Assembly (NCBI RefSeq): GCF_009914755.1 | Contig: NC_060925.1 | DNA: 64,000 nt | From: the human T2T-CHM13v2.0 reference genome, Homo sapiens | Reading direction: 5' to 3' (one strand) | In this document: one piece after another, positions 13,149-27,400 of the stretch | Layout of the letters: each line of letters begins with the position of its first letter | How positions within the stretch are numbered: position 1 is the stretch's first letter | The notes under the pieces: generated by a model | Told to the model about the DNA's origin: nothing | What the model saw: the letters and a program-made list of their open reading frames with translations, nothing else | The model's database searches: none | Translations under genes and position numbers: made by a program

Positions 13149-14671
13149 CTACTCCTTCAACAGTCCCAGCTTCTTCAGGGCCTCCCTTCTGTGTTCATTG
13201 GGGACACCCTTTGGGGAGATCTTGACACTGACACAGGGGGGGCGAGGAAGCTTGTCACGGCTCTGTCCTTGGTAGGACAGGCGCTTGGAGCTCTGCTCCT
13301 GCTCCAGGTCAGCCAGCTTGCCTACCTGGATACCTGCAAAATCTTTCCCCGTGCCCAGGGAGGCCGGGCGGGGCCGAGAATTACGTAAGACACTGGGCGA
13401 GATCTTGTCCAAGAAGGAGCCCTTTCCCAGAGAAGTGCTGGTTTTGGGGCTGGCATCTTTCTCAGTTGAAAGGTAGCTGCTCAGTCCCACGCCTGAGCGC
13501 TCCAGAGTGTTGGACTTGAAGTTCATCTGTCTCAGGCCAGGGGTGTTGCTCTCCTGGAGAGTCAGCCCTGACTCTGGCTTCGGTGGAGTCAGGGCACTGT
13601 TTGCCCTTGGGGCCTTAGGGATAGGAATTGGCATAGATTTGCTAGCTGCAACATTGCCTGGAGCTGGAGACTTCATTGGCAAAGGTCCCTGAGCTGGACC
13701 TGGAGCTGGAGCCGGAGCTTGAGCCAGAGCCTTCCCAGCAGCAGGAATAGCTGCTGAGGCCTGGGCTGGAGCTGCAGGCTGAGCCAGACCTGGAGCTGGG
13801 GACAGATGCTGGGCCCGTGTCTCCTTGGGTCTGATGGAGCTGGTGGGCTTACTTAAGTGGAGTCCAGGCTCATCTTGATCCTGGGGTAGCCCCAGCTTCT
13901 CTAGAGCTTCTTTACGTGCTTTTCTCTGCTCTTGCAGTGAACAGGAGATCAGGCCAGAATCTCCAGGGGCAGCCTCAGTGTGGCGGGACAGCCAGTGCTG
14001 GGGGTCACTGTGGAAACTGCTTCGGCTGCTCTTCAGAACAATATTAGGTGGCAGCTTCCGGGGCTTAGGGGTTGTGAGGGGAGCTAGTCGGCTGTTTGGG
14101 TCCTCCCCTGATGAGAGGGGAGCATCTTCAGCTCTTGCATTCTGAGGCAACCCTGCAGGAGGAGGCTGGGGTTGTGTGTACCTGGTTGAGACTGTTTCCT
14201 TGGCTTTTTGGGACATGGCTTCTGAAGGAGTCTGCTCTCTTTCCTGGGAGCTGGATGGTGTGTGGAGCTGGGGTGTGTGGCCCTGCTGTCCTGGCCCCTC
14301 GGGCAGGCTGGCTTCCCTACACTGCTCTGGCTGGGTGTCCCGGAAAGCTTCTGGCGGAGGGATGAGCACCACGTCCAAGTCAAGGGCAGCCTCCTGGGGG
14401 CTGGCAGGTGCCTGCCTGGGTTGGCTGCTCTGGCTGACCTGTTCTTTCTCAGGCTCTGGCGCAAGCCTCCCCGGTTCTCCAGGGTTGTGACTGCTAGCCT
14501 GGGTGGTGCTTTTCCTGAAGTTCTGGCTTCTGGCAATGTGGATATTCCTAGGGAGGCTGTAGGAGCCAGACCTGAGGCCTAGGCCCTGGGGCTCAGGAGG
14601 GTGGGATGAGCTGGACTCAGTTACTGTCCTTGGCGTTCGTCCTTGCTGAGTGATGGTCTCCTCTGGACCTC
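13149..14671 (-). CDS. C1orf116: C1orf116/SARG last coding exon, Pro/Ala/Ser-rich, ends REALKKLGLLKE*
   Basis: ORF 13149..14786; acceptor ctcacag at 14672; 105+178+1523=1806 nt = 601 aa + stop. Confidence 0.96.
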
Positions 14672-14885
14672 CTGTGAGGGTCAGAAAGAACATAAAAGAG
14701 TGGACAGAAAAAGAGTGGACAGAGGTGAGGGCCCTGCTGCAGAGGGGAAAGCAATGACTTCCTGAACTCTGATCCCAAACTAGCAATGAATGGGTTTTAT
14801 TTTGCCTTGTTTTCTTTGCTTTTACAAGAGCAGCACTTTTGTCTGGATATCATTTAGACTAATAGATCAGTAATAGCAGATCCAG

Positions 14886-15010
14886 GGCCAGGCGCAGTGT
14901 CTCATGCCTGTAATCCCAGCACTTTGGGAGGCCAAAGCAAGTGGATCATTTGAGCCCAAGAGTTCGAGACCAACCAGGGCAACATAAGAGACCCCCATTT
15001 CTACAAATAA
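14886..15010 (+). mobile_element. FLAM / Alu left monomer
   Basis: Monomer; TSD taatagca(g/t)atc at 14871 and 15011. Confidence 0.85.
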
Positions 15011-16077
15011 TAATAGCATATCTTTTTTTGACTGAGAATTAATTTTTCATGATGGGCGGCAAGAGAGTGACCCCTGATTGCTCTAAGTTATTGACTTGAC
15101 CTCTCCCCAGTTTTCTACAGAGGCACCAGGGTTGGAGATAAATTTGGGACAGTTCCTTCTAGCTATTTTGGGCCTCCCAGATAACTGAGCCCAATGCAAG
15201 CCTCTGAATAAGTGATTTGCTCTTGATTCAACCAGGCTTCTGCCTTCTACTTGCACTTTCTATGAGCATGTGGATAATTCTGTAATAGCCATAGTGTCCC
15301 CACACCAGAAAGTGACTCCTTTCCTTCCAGTGAGCTAGGCAGGTACATCAGGCCCCCTGGGCCAGTGAATCAGCCTCATGGAGCAGGAAAGCCCTACGTC
15401 CCCATTTATAGCTCTAGCTCCAGGGAAGGTCTAACTACTTGTTAATAAATATTTGCTAAATGAAACAACACAAAACTGCAGCCCCAATACCAGCGGGACT
15501 GTCCTCAGGAGTAAAAGGTTTCTCACACCCTGGGACATGTGGCCCCACAGTCATGGCCACACTTGTGTGTTGTTTTGTTCCCCTTCTGCTGAGCCTGAAT
15601 ACCACTGGCTTTCCACGCTCTCTAACGAGGGCCTTGAGGTACTTCCCACTGCAGCTGGGGAGCCCTTCCTTCTCCTTATCTCTCCTACCCTTGTCCTCTG
15701 TGTCACCCAGATTAGCTCTCTAGACTGACTCAGTCTCTCCAGAGCCAACCACCCAGCCCTCCCTGACTCCCTCCCCCGCCTCTGCGGTCATATCTCTTTA
15801 GAATTTTTCCACAGGAGAATGGGAGCTGGTCAAACCCCTTTCCCTTCTAGAGCTCTGATACTTCATAGACAGACATAGGAAGCTGGCTTGCCAGGGGTCC
15901 CTCCTTCCCTCCAGGGACAAGGCTCTGTTCTAGCCAGGAGAGTGGTGAGGAGTGTGGCTACACCTTCTTCTGCCTGTGACCCTTGGGGTAGAGGGCAGGC
16001 GAGGTAGAAAGTGGCCGGAGGGGACATATTGATTTTCTGGGTTTTGCTGGGGTTCCACCCCAGAGGGTCTGCCTTAC

Positions 16078-16255
16078 CCCGGGGAGTGGGTTGGGTTATG
16101 GGCAGTGCTCGGAAACCTCTGGGAGTTGTGGCTGGCTCAGACTCGTCAGTGGACAGTCCGCTGTCAGCCTCCGTGTCCAGTGAGCCAATGGTCTCCTCCA
16201 GGAAGAGCAGACACTCCTTCTCTTCAGTGGACAGGAAGTCGTAGCTGCTATCACT
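16078..16255 (-). CDS. C1orf116: C1orf116/SARG second coding exon (SDSSYDFLSTEEKECLLFLEETIGSLD...PTPRG)
   Basis: Within ORF 15863..16591; acceptor aacag at 16256, donor G|gtaagg at 16077; 178 nt joins neighbouring exons in frame. Confidence 0.95.
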
Positions 16256-18684
16256 CTGTTGGGTTTGGGGTTGGGGGCGGGGGCGGGGAGGCGGGGGGGA
16301 GGGCGAGAAGAAGAACAGGAGAGGGAGAGAGAGCTGTGAGAAAGCGCTCCCTCCGCAGAAACTGGCGGGGCCTGAGAACCACCCTGCAGAGAGGAAGGAA
16401 TGCTGAAGAGCTGGAAACCTTTCCCTCCTGCTACTCTGCAAAGCTGCTGGAGTTGCCTCCTGAAACTGTAGGCACCAGGGAGGGCAGAGTCTGTCAGGAG
16501 GCTGGCCCACTAGCGCCCAGCTCTGGAGCTGGGCAGGCACATGGCAGGGGCCTTTCTTTTGCTCAGTCCTGGCTTGAATGCTTAGGGGCACAGATTAGAA
16601 GCAGTCCCAAGTTTCAATGTTTGACAGCCTTTGTCAAACATCTCACTTTGAGCACCTCTGATTTAGCTCCAAATAAGAAGTGCAACATAACAATTTGACC
16701 TGAAACTTCAGTGGTATTGCTTTTAACTTTTAAAAGTACTTCTGCATACTTGATCTGGTATGTCAAGGGCAGTATGAGGAAAAGCAGGAAATGAAGCCAG
16801 CTATGAGCTGCCAGGCCAGTAGGAACTGTGGCATGACTGGCCACAGATAAATGTACTAAATGATTTGTACTTGACTTTGAAATGCATTCCATACGGGAAT
16901 TTTTCCCCTTGTACATTTACTTTCTTGATGACATTTGGCTCTGGCTAATGTTCAAGTAAGTGTGCATTTCTAAAGCAAATATTAACTTAAAGGGGGAGGT
17001 TGGTGGAGAAACTGGATGGTATGGGAGGAGGGAAAAGCAGCTTAGTATTAAATATTAAGTAGATCTTAAAGTAGATCATATTCATTATGAGAGAGTACAT
17101 AGAGGTTTTTGGAAGAAAATAATAATGGTCATCTCAGACAGTTACTGTCTATGTTGTATGGGGCTAGAAGTTTGCTGGAATAGTTGCTCTTCCACAGAGG
17201 AGGTTGAAGGGAAAACAAAAGGGCAAATTGGAATATAAGAAATTTGGGCCAAGTCTCTTCTTGGCATCTCCAGCCCTTTTCCTAATATTTGGGACACTTC
17301 AGAGTTGTATATTCTTCAGGCCCACTCAGATGGCCAGGAAAGATTTTGAGACAGCTCTAAAAATATCCTGGAGGGAGGGGAGAGGGTTGCAGAATAACCC
17401 TTCCATTTGCCTCTGGAACTTCCTTTCGCATGTGGGCCTACATGTTAAAGCAAGCCCCAAATATAGCCCCTGGAAGCTCTGAAGCTGACGCCAAGAGTTT
17501 CTTGAAGAAAAATATCTTTATTGTCCTCTTCCTCCTAAAATAGCCTTGCCAAGGATAAGCTGACTCTGAGTTTCTCCTTCATGAATGATTCACTTTGAAA
17601 ACCTTTAATCCCTGTCACATTCTGTGTCCAATGCTATGTGACTATTCACGTTGGCCTCAGCCTAAAAGACATAGAAAGACGTCTCCACAGCCCCATTATC
17701 TAGGGTCAAAATGAAATTTGTATGATTGTCTGCACTTTGGATTTGTGCATGTGTGTTTCTTTCTCTACTCTATTTTTACATATCAAAATCCACTGGTTGT
17801 CTTAAACATCTTGACATTCAGTAGACACCCTTAAATTTTCAAATACCTCTATAGGATACAATGCAAAAAAGCATAAATTCTCTATGATTCTTATGTATGT
17901 GACAAGCATGAACAACAAATGTTTGCGTCTGGATGCAGCACAGATTTACTCTTTCACACCAGCCTCACAACAACTGAGATTTAAATTCATGCCCAGAAAA
18001 ATTACAGTTTATTAAATGCCACTCACAAGTAGCTAAACACAGTGACTTTGGAAGATTCTCAGTCTCTGCTCCTAGAAAGGCTGATTCTTTTCTATATAGA
18101 GGCATATGCTAGGTGCTTTACCTGTATCACATTTACTCCCCACAAATTGAATTGGGTATGAACACTAAGTATCCCATTTGAAAACTGAGGAGGCTAAAGC
18201 TTAGAGAAATTAAGTAATTTGCCCAAGGTCATACAGCTTATAAGTAGAGAACTTAAATCTGTTTGGTTCCAGAACCTAGGCTCCTAATTACCTATTTTCT
18301 TTGATCTTTGTAAGAGACTAAAGTAATGCTGCTCATTGCAGAGAACTTCAATAATCCATGTGCTACAAGAATCTATGTTCTGGTTTCCACCATGACCTCA
18401 GATTACAGGCCTACTCTCTCTGCTCAACCCAACCCCCAACCTAATGAAAATCGGCGGAAAAAGTCTCATTTGCCCAGTTGCTCTCTAAGGTCGTCCCATC
18501 CTATTCTCTATAGAGCCAGGGCTGACTCAGGCAGAAAGCACCCACTGGTGTTGTGAATCACTCCCCAACAATGAAAGAGAAGGTGCAGTGAGCCAGGATG
18601 GGTGGCAGGAAAGGATAGGGCAGGGCAGGGCAGGGCAGGTGTGCAGAGAGCAGACCAGGTTGCGGGAGGGAGAGTATTACGTAC

Positions 18685-18789
18685 AGATCCAGAGCGGGTG
18701 GAGGTGCTGCTCATCATGCTGTCACAGCTGCCGACACGGGTCACGGGTTCTGAGCCAGTCCCCGCTGGCCACAGCTCCCTCTCGGGCAT
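18685..18789 (-). CDS. C1orf116: C1orf116/SARG first coding exon (aa 1-35, MPERELWPAG...TRSGS); whole exon 18870-18685
   Basis: ATG at 18789; acceptor ttcttctcttttcag at 18871; donor TCT|gtacgt at 18684; 105 nt, phase 0; recognised SARG N-terminus. Confidence 0.95.
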
Positions 18790-19194
18790 CACCCGAAACA
18801 AGGTGCAGGGATGGCAAAGGGGGCTTCTAGAGGGGAAGCGAGGGGAAGTGAACAATGTCCCAAGCCGGGCCTGAAAAGAGAAGAATCAAAGCCACACATG
18901 AGCCGAGGCTTCGGCAAGGCTCTGCCCAGGCCCTGGGCGGCATGGCGGGAAGGACACCAAGCAAGCAGAGAGCTGGAAGGGGGGCATGAACAGCCACTGC
19001 CCGACACCCCCGGCCTGCATGGAAGGACCCTGAAGCTGGCTTAAATACATGCAGAAGGACAGACTTAGTTGGTGGAGAGGCAGTCTAGTCAGAAAGAAGC
19101 TTCTACTACTTCTCTTACATTTTTCTCTGAACCAAGGAGCTTAATCTACATTTTCATTACTATAAGCAATAAATATTACAGGCGTCAATACCTT

Positions 19195-19385
19195 GGGTTC
19201 TGGAGTTAGTTGGGTCTGGGCTCAAATCCCAGTTTAGCCATTTACAGTTATGTGACTTGGGGCAAATTACTCTGAGTCTGTTTTTCCTCATTAAATAATG
19301 TTAGTATAAGGATTAAATGAGAGAACAGTTAGCACAGTTTAGTTGGTAGTAAATACCCTAAGACCTCATGAGTCAATAATTAACT
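19195..19385 (+). mobile_element. MIR remnant containing the ARE
   Basis: ctgggctcaaatcccag..tgtgacttggggcaaattact..tttcctcat..aggattaaatgaga..ttagcacag. Confidence 0.75.
19322..19336. promoter_or_regulatory. Androgen response element in C1orf116 intron 1 (AGAACAgttAGCACA = TGTGCTaacTGTTCT)
   Basis: Imperfect direct repeat of AGAACA with 3-nt spacer; matches my recollection of the described AR-selective SARG +4.6 kb element. Confidence 0.85.
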
Positions 19386-22300
19386 ATTATTGTTCTTGTA
19401 ACAAGAAAAAGACAAGATCTATCTAGGATCAAACTAAATTGAAACAAGAGAAACAGGATCTCAGAAAAGAAGGGTTCTGGTTTGATGGGAGACTGTAGAC
19501 TTGAGAGAAGAAACAGGTCCCTTAATAATACCTACCTCATGGGGTTATTGTGAGAACGTTTAAAACACTTTGCACAGAGCAAATTGTCACCTGCTATCAC
19601 AGTCAATATCATCAACATCATCACAACCACCGCTACGATACCCATCTTTAACTCCCTAGCCTGGAGGCATGAACAGGGCACCTGCAGTGGTTGACACAAA
19701 CCTATTTTCTTTCTAGTGAATCTCTTTCTTTCTAGTGCCTCTGTTGTTGCACACATTCCCAATGAGATTCCCTAGCCTATGTCAAATGAACAAGAGAAAT
19801 GTCCCATGTAGCTTCCTCCCAACTCTAATTCCTTAGGGAAAAAAAGTTTCAATGTCATTGTAACAATAGTAGTAGCAAAGGAAGGCAGTGCCATCTTCCC
19901 TCTGAAAGTCCCAAGGATTTTGATGTGGCTGTTTGTGGGAAATACTCCACTGGAGATGGCAGGCCAGAAGTGAGTCTGCTATGTTAAAATGAAATTCTAA
20001 AAGAATTAAGATGAAAAGACAGTTCCAAGATCAAACAGAGAGTTGGAGGAGAGCCAGAATTAGAATAAAGTTTGTCTGATTCTAAATCCATATTTTCCTT
20101 ATAATGCCATCCTATATTTTCTTTCATCTTTCCAACCCTCCCAACACTAGGTAAAATGTCCTAGAAGAAAACGTGATCTATTTGAGATCTGGAGGCTTGG
20201 GCTTTGGATGCCAGGGCAGATGTCCTCTTGGCCTCTGGTAATAATTGCTTCCAGTGCCAAAGTCAAGTTTGGGCTGGGTTGGGTGAGTCAGCTTTCCATC
20301 CCTATAGAGCTGGCAAGTATGGAGCCCCAAGGAGCTCCTCTTCTGCTTGGGAGGAGTCTCTTAAAAGGGGCAGGTATGGAGGGGCAGAACACTGGGGGGA
20401 AAACAGGAGAGATCCCTAGTGAGCCAGACATCTGGTTCATAGGGGTCCAGATCCTCCTAGGAGATAAGGAGGGGACTGGAGGGGCAGAGACACCAAAGAA
20501 GCCCAATGATAAATAAATGTGGGGTGAGGAAGCTCTTAGGGTTTCTTCATGAGGTTAGCTCCCCAATACCCAGAAGCTCAAAGAAACAGGAACATGAGAA
20601 ATCATGTGGATGAAGTTCAGTCATCTCAGCTACCCACTCCATGAATGATGCCCAAGTTCAGGGAGGACTAACCCATTCCTAACATTGTGTAGGGTTGAGG
20701 CCACTATAGCAAAGGAGCTCCATCTCTGTGAGTCTAGGCACACAGAAAACACTCAAAAAATGCCGAATGAATGAACTTGCCATCTGTTCTAGGGTCTATT
20801 AGGTTGAGCTTTTGGAAGGCTTCTTCTTGGTTTCTAACCTATAACTGTCAGCTTTTACTTAAATACTTAATTTCCTGGATAATATATGGCTCAGTGAAAT
20901 TTGGGCAATGTTTTCAGTTAAACTAACATTTATGAGCACCTAATAATAGGCGCTGGTGTTACAAAACTGTATAAGACAAAGGCATTGTTGTCAAAAAGTC
21001 AATGTAGATCTAAGGGTCTAGTTTTGGGCTCCAATTTTCTTCTCTGTAAAATCAGGGCAGTAAATATTTAAAGTGACTCACTGTAATTAACATCATATTC
21101 TCTATGAATGGGTGAGCAGATGCTGCCTCTTACTTTCAGAGAAAATTACTACCCTTGTGCTTCTAAGTATGCTTTAGACTTTACAGAGGTTTTCTAGTCT
21201 CTCTTTCCTACCAGGGAAGCTTATCACACTTTTGTTTCAGAACCTAGGATGTCTTCAAGTAGCTGGAAGAGATAAAAGTGGTAGGAAAAGCACTGCTTCA
21301 CAAGAACACAGCATGCCATAGCTTGCAAAGTACTCTCAGATATGCTAATTCGATCTTCAGCATAAACTGGAAACATAGGCAGGATGTGACGTTTTCTTCA
21401 TTTTACGGGTGAGAAAGTTATGGCTCTTACCACTAGCCCTTCCTAAGGGAAACAGGGAATGACCTATACATGCATATACAGGGCAGCCCTCCACAGGGCA
21501 TTTCAGGGACTATCTGGATGCAAGAGGGGCATGCCCCCGAGAATGGTTACTAGCCACCCCTGACTAAAATACTAAAAGCCTTAAAACCCCCTTCTCCTTC
21601 TACTTCATACCTTAAACCCTGCAAATCATCTGCTTCAGCTTTATACTTCCAGACCAGTGTATTGCCCCAACAGCAGATATTTCTACAGTAAAGAAATGAC
21701 ACCAACTGCCAAGGAAGATCATGTCTTTAGGGATTACATAATCCCTGCACAGAGGAATCTGAACCTGAAACCAAAGCTGAGCGAGGCGCTGTCACCTCAT
21801 CTCCATACCTAGTTTTCTGACCTAAAGAATCTTAATGGTGAAAGCTGCATTTCCTTTCACCGACTTCACAACCTTGAACCTTGGGGCTCTTTCAGGGCAG
21901 CCATCGAAACCCTGATAAGAAGACTGAGAAACAAACAAAACACTCAAGGTGAGAGTTTGGTATCTTAACCCTTGACCTCTTTGGGAACTTAACGGGAGGA
22001 GGGAATGGGTTAAGAAATATGCAGCACCTATAGTCAGGGCCACCCATCCAAAGACACATTAAATATTAACTACACCACTGACTAAAATACTAAATACTGC
22101 CAAGCCTTGGAGGAGAGGAAATAAAGAACAGTTCAAGTTCTGGCATCTGGAGATGGTGGGGTGGGGAGAGGGCTCCAGCTCCATTCCAGGTTGGCTTGTC
22201 TGTACCTTCTAATCAGACCCAGGTCCCTCTCATCCTCCTCCCACGAACCCCCCACATGTCCTCCAAGAGCTTTGCCTCTCTGCCTACTAGTCAAAGAGGT

Positions 22301-23769
22301 TTCCTGTCTTTCAATCCAGGTGTCTTTGCTTCTTGTTGACTACCCAGAAATGTGCCTTGGGCTGGAAAATATCCTAAGAAAAATAGCAGAATGACTAAAA
22401 CTTGCACAGTTTGCATATCTGTCTCCATGAACACATGGGCAAGTTTCTGTGTGTGTTTAGGCAACATTATCATCTTCCCTTTCACCAGTGTGTTTGAGGG
22501 AAGGAGCAGGTAGAAATACCCTCTGCATAGCAGAGCTTTGTTAGACACTGCCAGTGGTCTTTATTCCTAAATTCACCATCTAGGGCAGCCCTCAGTCTGT
22601 GAGTGTGGGGTGTTGGCTCTGTGGTGTGAGGTGAGCTCAAGCCTAAATCTCCAGTTGCCAGGACTGGAAAACCCATATATTCACTCAGGGCTGCGTGTGC
22701 CAGGCCCTTGAGCCTGGCACTGAGGGCTTCCCACTTCCCTCTTCTCTGCAGCAGGAGGAAAAGAGTCAAAGTTAGGGACCAAAGGGTTAAACCCCCCAAG
22801 ATGGATAATGGAGAGGCAACTTGCTACTCTGACTCGACTCCTACATCTGCCTTCCTTCTGCAGGTAAATCTGCCACACAAACTGCCAACTGGGACACCTG
22901 CAGGAAAACAAACAAAGCCACCACCCTGGTCTGCTTCTCTGTCTGTGGACTCTGCCACACTACCTTGGCTTGAGCCCCACTTGGAACTCTAACTAGACTT
23001 GACATGCAGCCACGAAATATTCATGTGGGTGAGGCTCGGCACAGCCAGGTAGCTTTCTGTTTGCCAGTCTCTGTGTCTATTAACAGGCTGAGTCAGAAAG
23101 TTAATTGAGTAGAATCCAAATAAACTTGACTTTGCAGCTAGATTATCCATGGGTTTTCCAAAGATGAGCTGGTAGCTGAAGTTTTCTCCATGTGCCCCAA
23201 CCTCATATCCCTTTACAAACAACCTAGTACAGCTCATGCCTAACACACCTGTACACAGAGAGCTCCATTATCACATGAGCATGATCAAACACACACACAC
23301 ATTGCACCCATTATTTAAATAAAGATCGACACCGAGTTGGTAAAGCCACGGGAGAATTTCCTGTTACAGTCGCTATGGAAAACCAAGATACTCTCCCCCA
23401 TTTTGACTCCCTCTATTTCAACTGTTCTTTTCTAAAATCACAACTCAATTTCAATTGTTCAGAGATGGAAATTTCCAAAACAAATCTATTTTCTTTTTCT
23501 TGTTGTTTGCACAATATGCCTATCCAACCTAAAGGGATAAATGAAAAAGAAGGTGCCTCCCAGCCCCAGTCTCCACAAAAACACTACAATCTCAAGTTGC
23601 TACCAACCTGATCTGATCCCAGAATGGACTCAGAGAATTGAGGAACAGAGAGGAAATCTCCCTAGCTGGGGTATAGAGGGACACCTCCCCTCCCCTGTAG
23701 CTCTGATTTCCCATGAAACCCCTTCCTATTGCTATAGGATAAGCAATAGTTGGTTAGTGATTAACTCAC

Positions 23770-23950
23770 CTCCACTGGGTTGGGGGCTGAAGAGAGAAAA
23801 GAAATACCCTTTTGTTTCAAAGGGCAGAGATGGAGACAGAGGCTGCTTCCCCTGCCTCCTACTGTTTTCTTCTCCTTTTGAGCTCCTCCTGACTTACCTA
23901 GATAGGTAAATGCTTCATCTGTGCTGCCTGGCCCCCACCCTGCCACTGAC
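23770..23950 (-). other. C1orf116: Probable non-coding exon 1 / TSS region of C1orf116
   Basis: Strong minus-strand donor GAG|gtgagt at 23769 (a second donor TAG|gtaagt at 23897); TGACTCA (AP-1) at 23947-23953 and CCAAT at 23955; lies 4.6 kb from the intronic ARE, matching the published name ARE-SARG+4.6. 5' end approximate. Confidence 0.6.
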
Positions 23951-26494
23951 TCAGCCAATCCTAGCCTCCCCTCCCTACCTCTCATTCCAGCTGTTTCCTC
24001 AGGGAGGGAATGGGAGGGGAATGAGCAGGGTGGTGCTGTTCCCTCTTAGCCAATCATCTCCTACCCTCCCCTTTCCTGTTTAGAGCTAATAAAGAGCTCT
24101 TTAAAAAAGGAGGGCTGGAAGGAGGAGGAGCCGGTTTGGGCTGAGACTGGAAGGACAGGTGGCAGGGAGGGAGTAGGCAGAGATAGTATATATATTTAAT
24201 GTTGATATAAAGGAACGCAGACAGTCCTCTGGGCAGTGTGCTTTTCCATAGGTCTATGTGAAACAGGTTTTTCATCTAGAACTACCTTCTTCCGCTTGGA
24301 GCTTAGTTTTCCCCTGAATTCTCTAGGCTAAACTCATTTGTGTTCAGTTTTGCTGCTAGCTTTTCTAGATGTTGAAAGTCACTTTCTTCCCCAAGCCTAA
24401 TCCTAGCTCATAAGCCTAGCAATTCCATTCATGTCCACTGAAGAAGGTGTCCCCAGGCTAGGGATGCTGTAGTTGGGCCAGTCTCGCCCCAGTGCTTGCC
24501 AACAATCTCCTTGGCCTAATTTATTTCTGGGGGAAATAAAACCATTCATCCCCTAAGAGGTCCGTGTCCTGATGAAAGAGTGACTGGACAGCTTGAAAGG
24601 AGAGAGCATGCACTCTGTCATTTGGTCCTCTGCTCTCTTTTGGCTGTTCATGGAAGGTGGCAATACATATTATGAAATAAAAACAAAACAAACTACCAAC
24701 CAGTTTAGCAACTCTTGTCTCCTTTCATGGACTGATACTTGGCATTCGTAGGGAGAAGAGAGTAGGTAGAAGAATCTACTATTTTTGGGAAGAAATTTCC
24801 CACCAGGTACAGAGACCACTCTTAACAGATATGATTTTTGCCTGGAAGCTGGTTTTTCCTACAGGTAGATTATCCTTGATAGGTATCAGGATTTGAGGTA
24901 TTCCACTTACTAGCATTAAAAGGTCAGGGAGAAAATTTAAAATCAATGTACACAATAATTGCCAAAATGTATTAAGCTCTTGCTATTTGCTAGGTATTGT
25001 GCTGAGCATTTTCATGTATCTTTTAATTTAGTCTTTAACTTAAAAAAGTAGGCATTTGTTAATATCTAAATTTTACAGGGAGGTTAAAAATCTTTTTCAA
25101 GGCCATGTAGCTAGGAAGAGGCAGGGCAGAGATTTTAATTCAGGCAGTATAACATCAAGGTTGCTATGAATCAGCATAATGCCAATCCGCCTCTATTTTG
25201 GAAGGAATCTCAAGTGGGAATCATGAAATACACAGATAATTTGCAAGTGTAATTCTAGCTATTAGATTCGTCCTTTTCTGTTTCATTTCCTACTTAAAGC
25301 TATTAATATGTTTTATAACAAGACGACACATGGCTTTCATCTTTTCTCTTTCTGTGATCATGGTTGGATAGGAAATAAAAAGGGCAGTGATCCTGGGGCC
25401 AAGGTAAAGATGAAGTGGAGCAGGACTAATGGATAGGAAGGAGGTTGGAGGAAGCCTGGGATAACCCAGTACCCTATCAGCAGCCTATGGATATCACAGC
25501 TGAATGAGCACTTCGGGCTATGACCTCTTTCCCTGGTGTGTCATTCAAACATATATGATGTCATAATACTAACAAAACAGGAAGGGCATCTCCAAATCAG
25601 CAGTTCAGTGCAACCAGAGTCACACCCATGGATGAAGTCAATGAAGTTGATCCAGCTCCATAGGTGTGTGATTTGAACATTTGCTAAAAAAATGAATTGA
25701 CTTATGAGAATTAACTTCCAAGAGGATAGTAGGCAACAGTCTTATTTGTGAACAGACACAGTTTTTCAGTTATAATAAAATTAGGATAACTAGGAGGAAC
25801 CCCTATCTTTTACCAGGTAGAAGCAGGGACATAGACAAAAATCATCTTTCCCTTCCTCCCTTTCCTCTCAAAAACTTTTTCTTTTTGTAAATTATGAAAT
25901 ATTTCAGATACACTGACATAACAAACATAACCGTACCTAACATCCAGTTCAGGAAATAAAACATAAACATCACAGTCGAAGTTACTTACAAGCCTTGAGC
26001 CTCCCCTCCCTGCAAACACATATATGTCCTAGCTGAAATAAATCACTATTTCAAATTTTCTTTTTTCCATTCTCCATGTACTTAAATGTTTTCCCTGGAA
26101 TTCATATTGTTTTTGCTTTGTTTTATTTTTGCTTAGAAATATACCAAGTCTCTAACATTCCAAGAGAGTTGGAAAGGAGGCCTGGACTACAGAAAAGGGA
26201 GGATTTCCAAAGTCAGTCAAAAGCCTGAAAGAATAAGACTTCCTGGTTGATATAGGTCATCATTTGAGGGGGTATGTGTGTCATTGCTCTTAGTATGTAA
26301 ATGCCTGTTTGATGACCAGACTCTGTGGAAACTAATTACAGCCCAGCTCACCTGACTCATCTGTTCTCTCCTTCTCCATTCTTGCATGCTGTTGTGGTCA
26401 TCTCTTTGACTGTCAGAGGCTAGTTTATGATTTCCTTTCTCAGTACAACCTCCCCACTTAGGCACCTCCCTTCCCTCTAAGTGCACATGCAAGG

Positions 26495-27400
<906 letters not shown>

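Noticed and set aside
13026-14582. Several plus-strand ORFs and a 150-aa alternate-frame ORF
   Set aside because: Shadow ORFs of the GC-rich SARG coding exon
15863-16698. 242-aa and 197-aa ORFs
   Set aside because: Only 16078-16255 is coding; the rest is intron read-through or antisense
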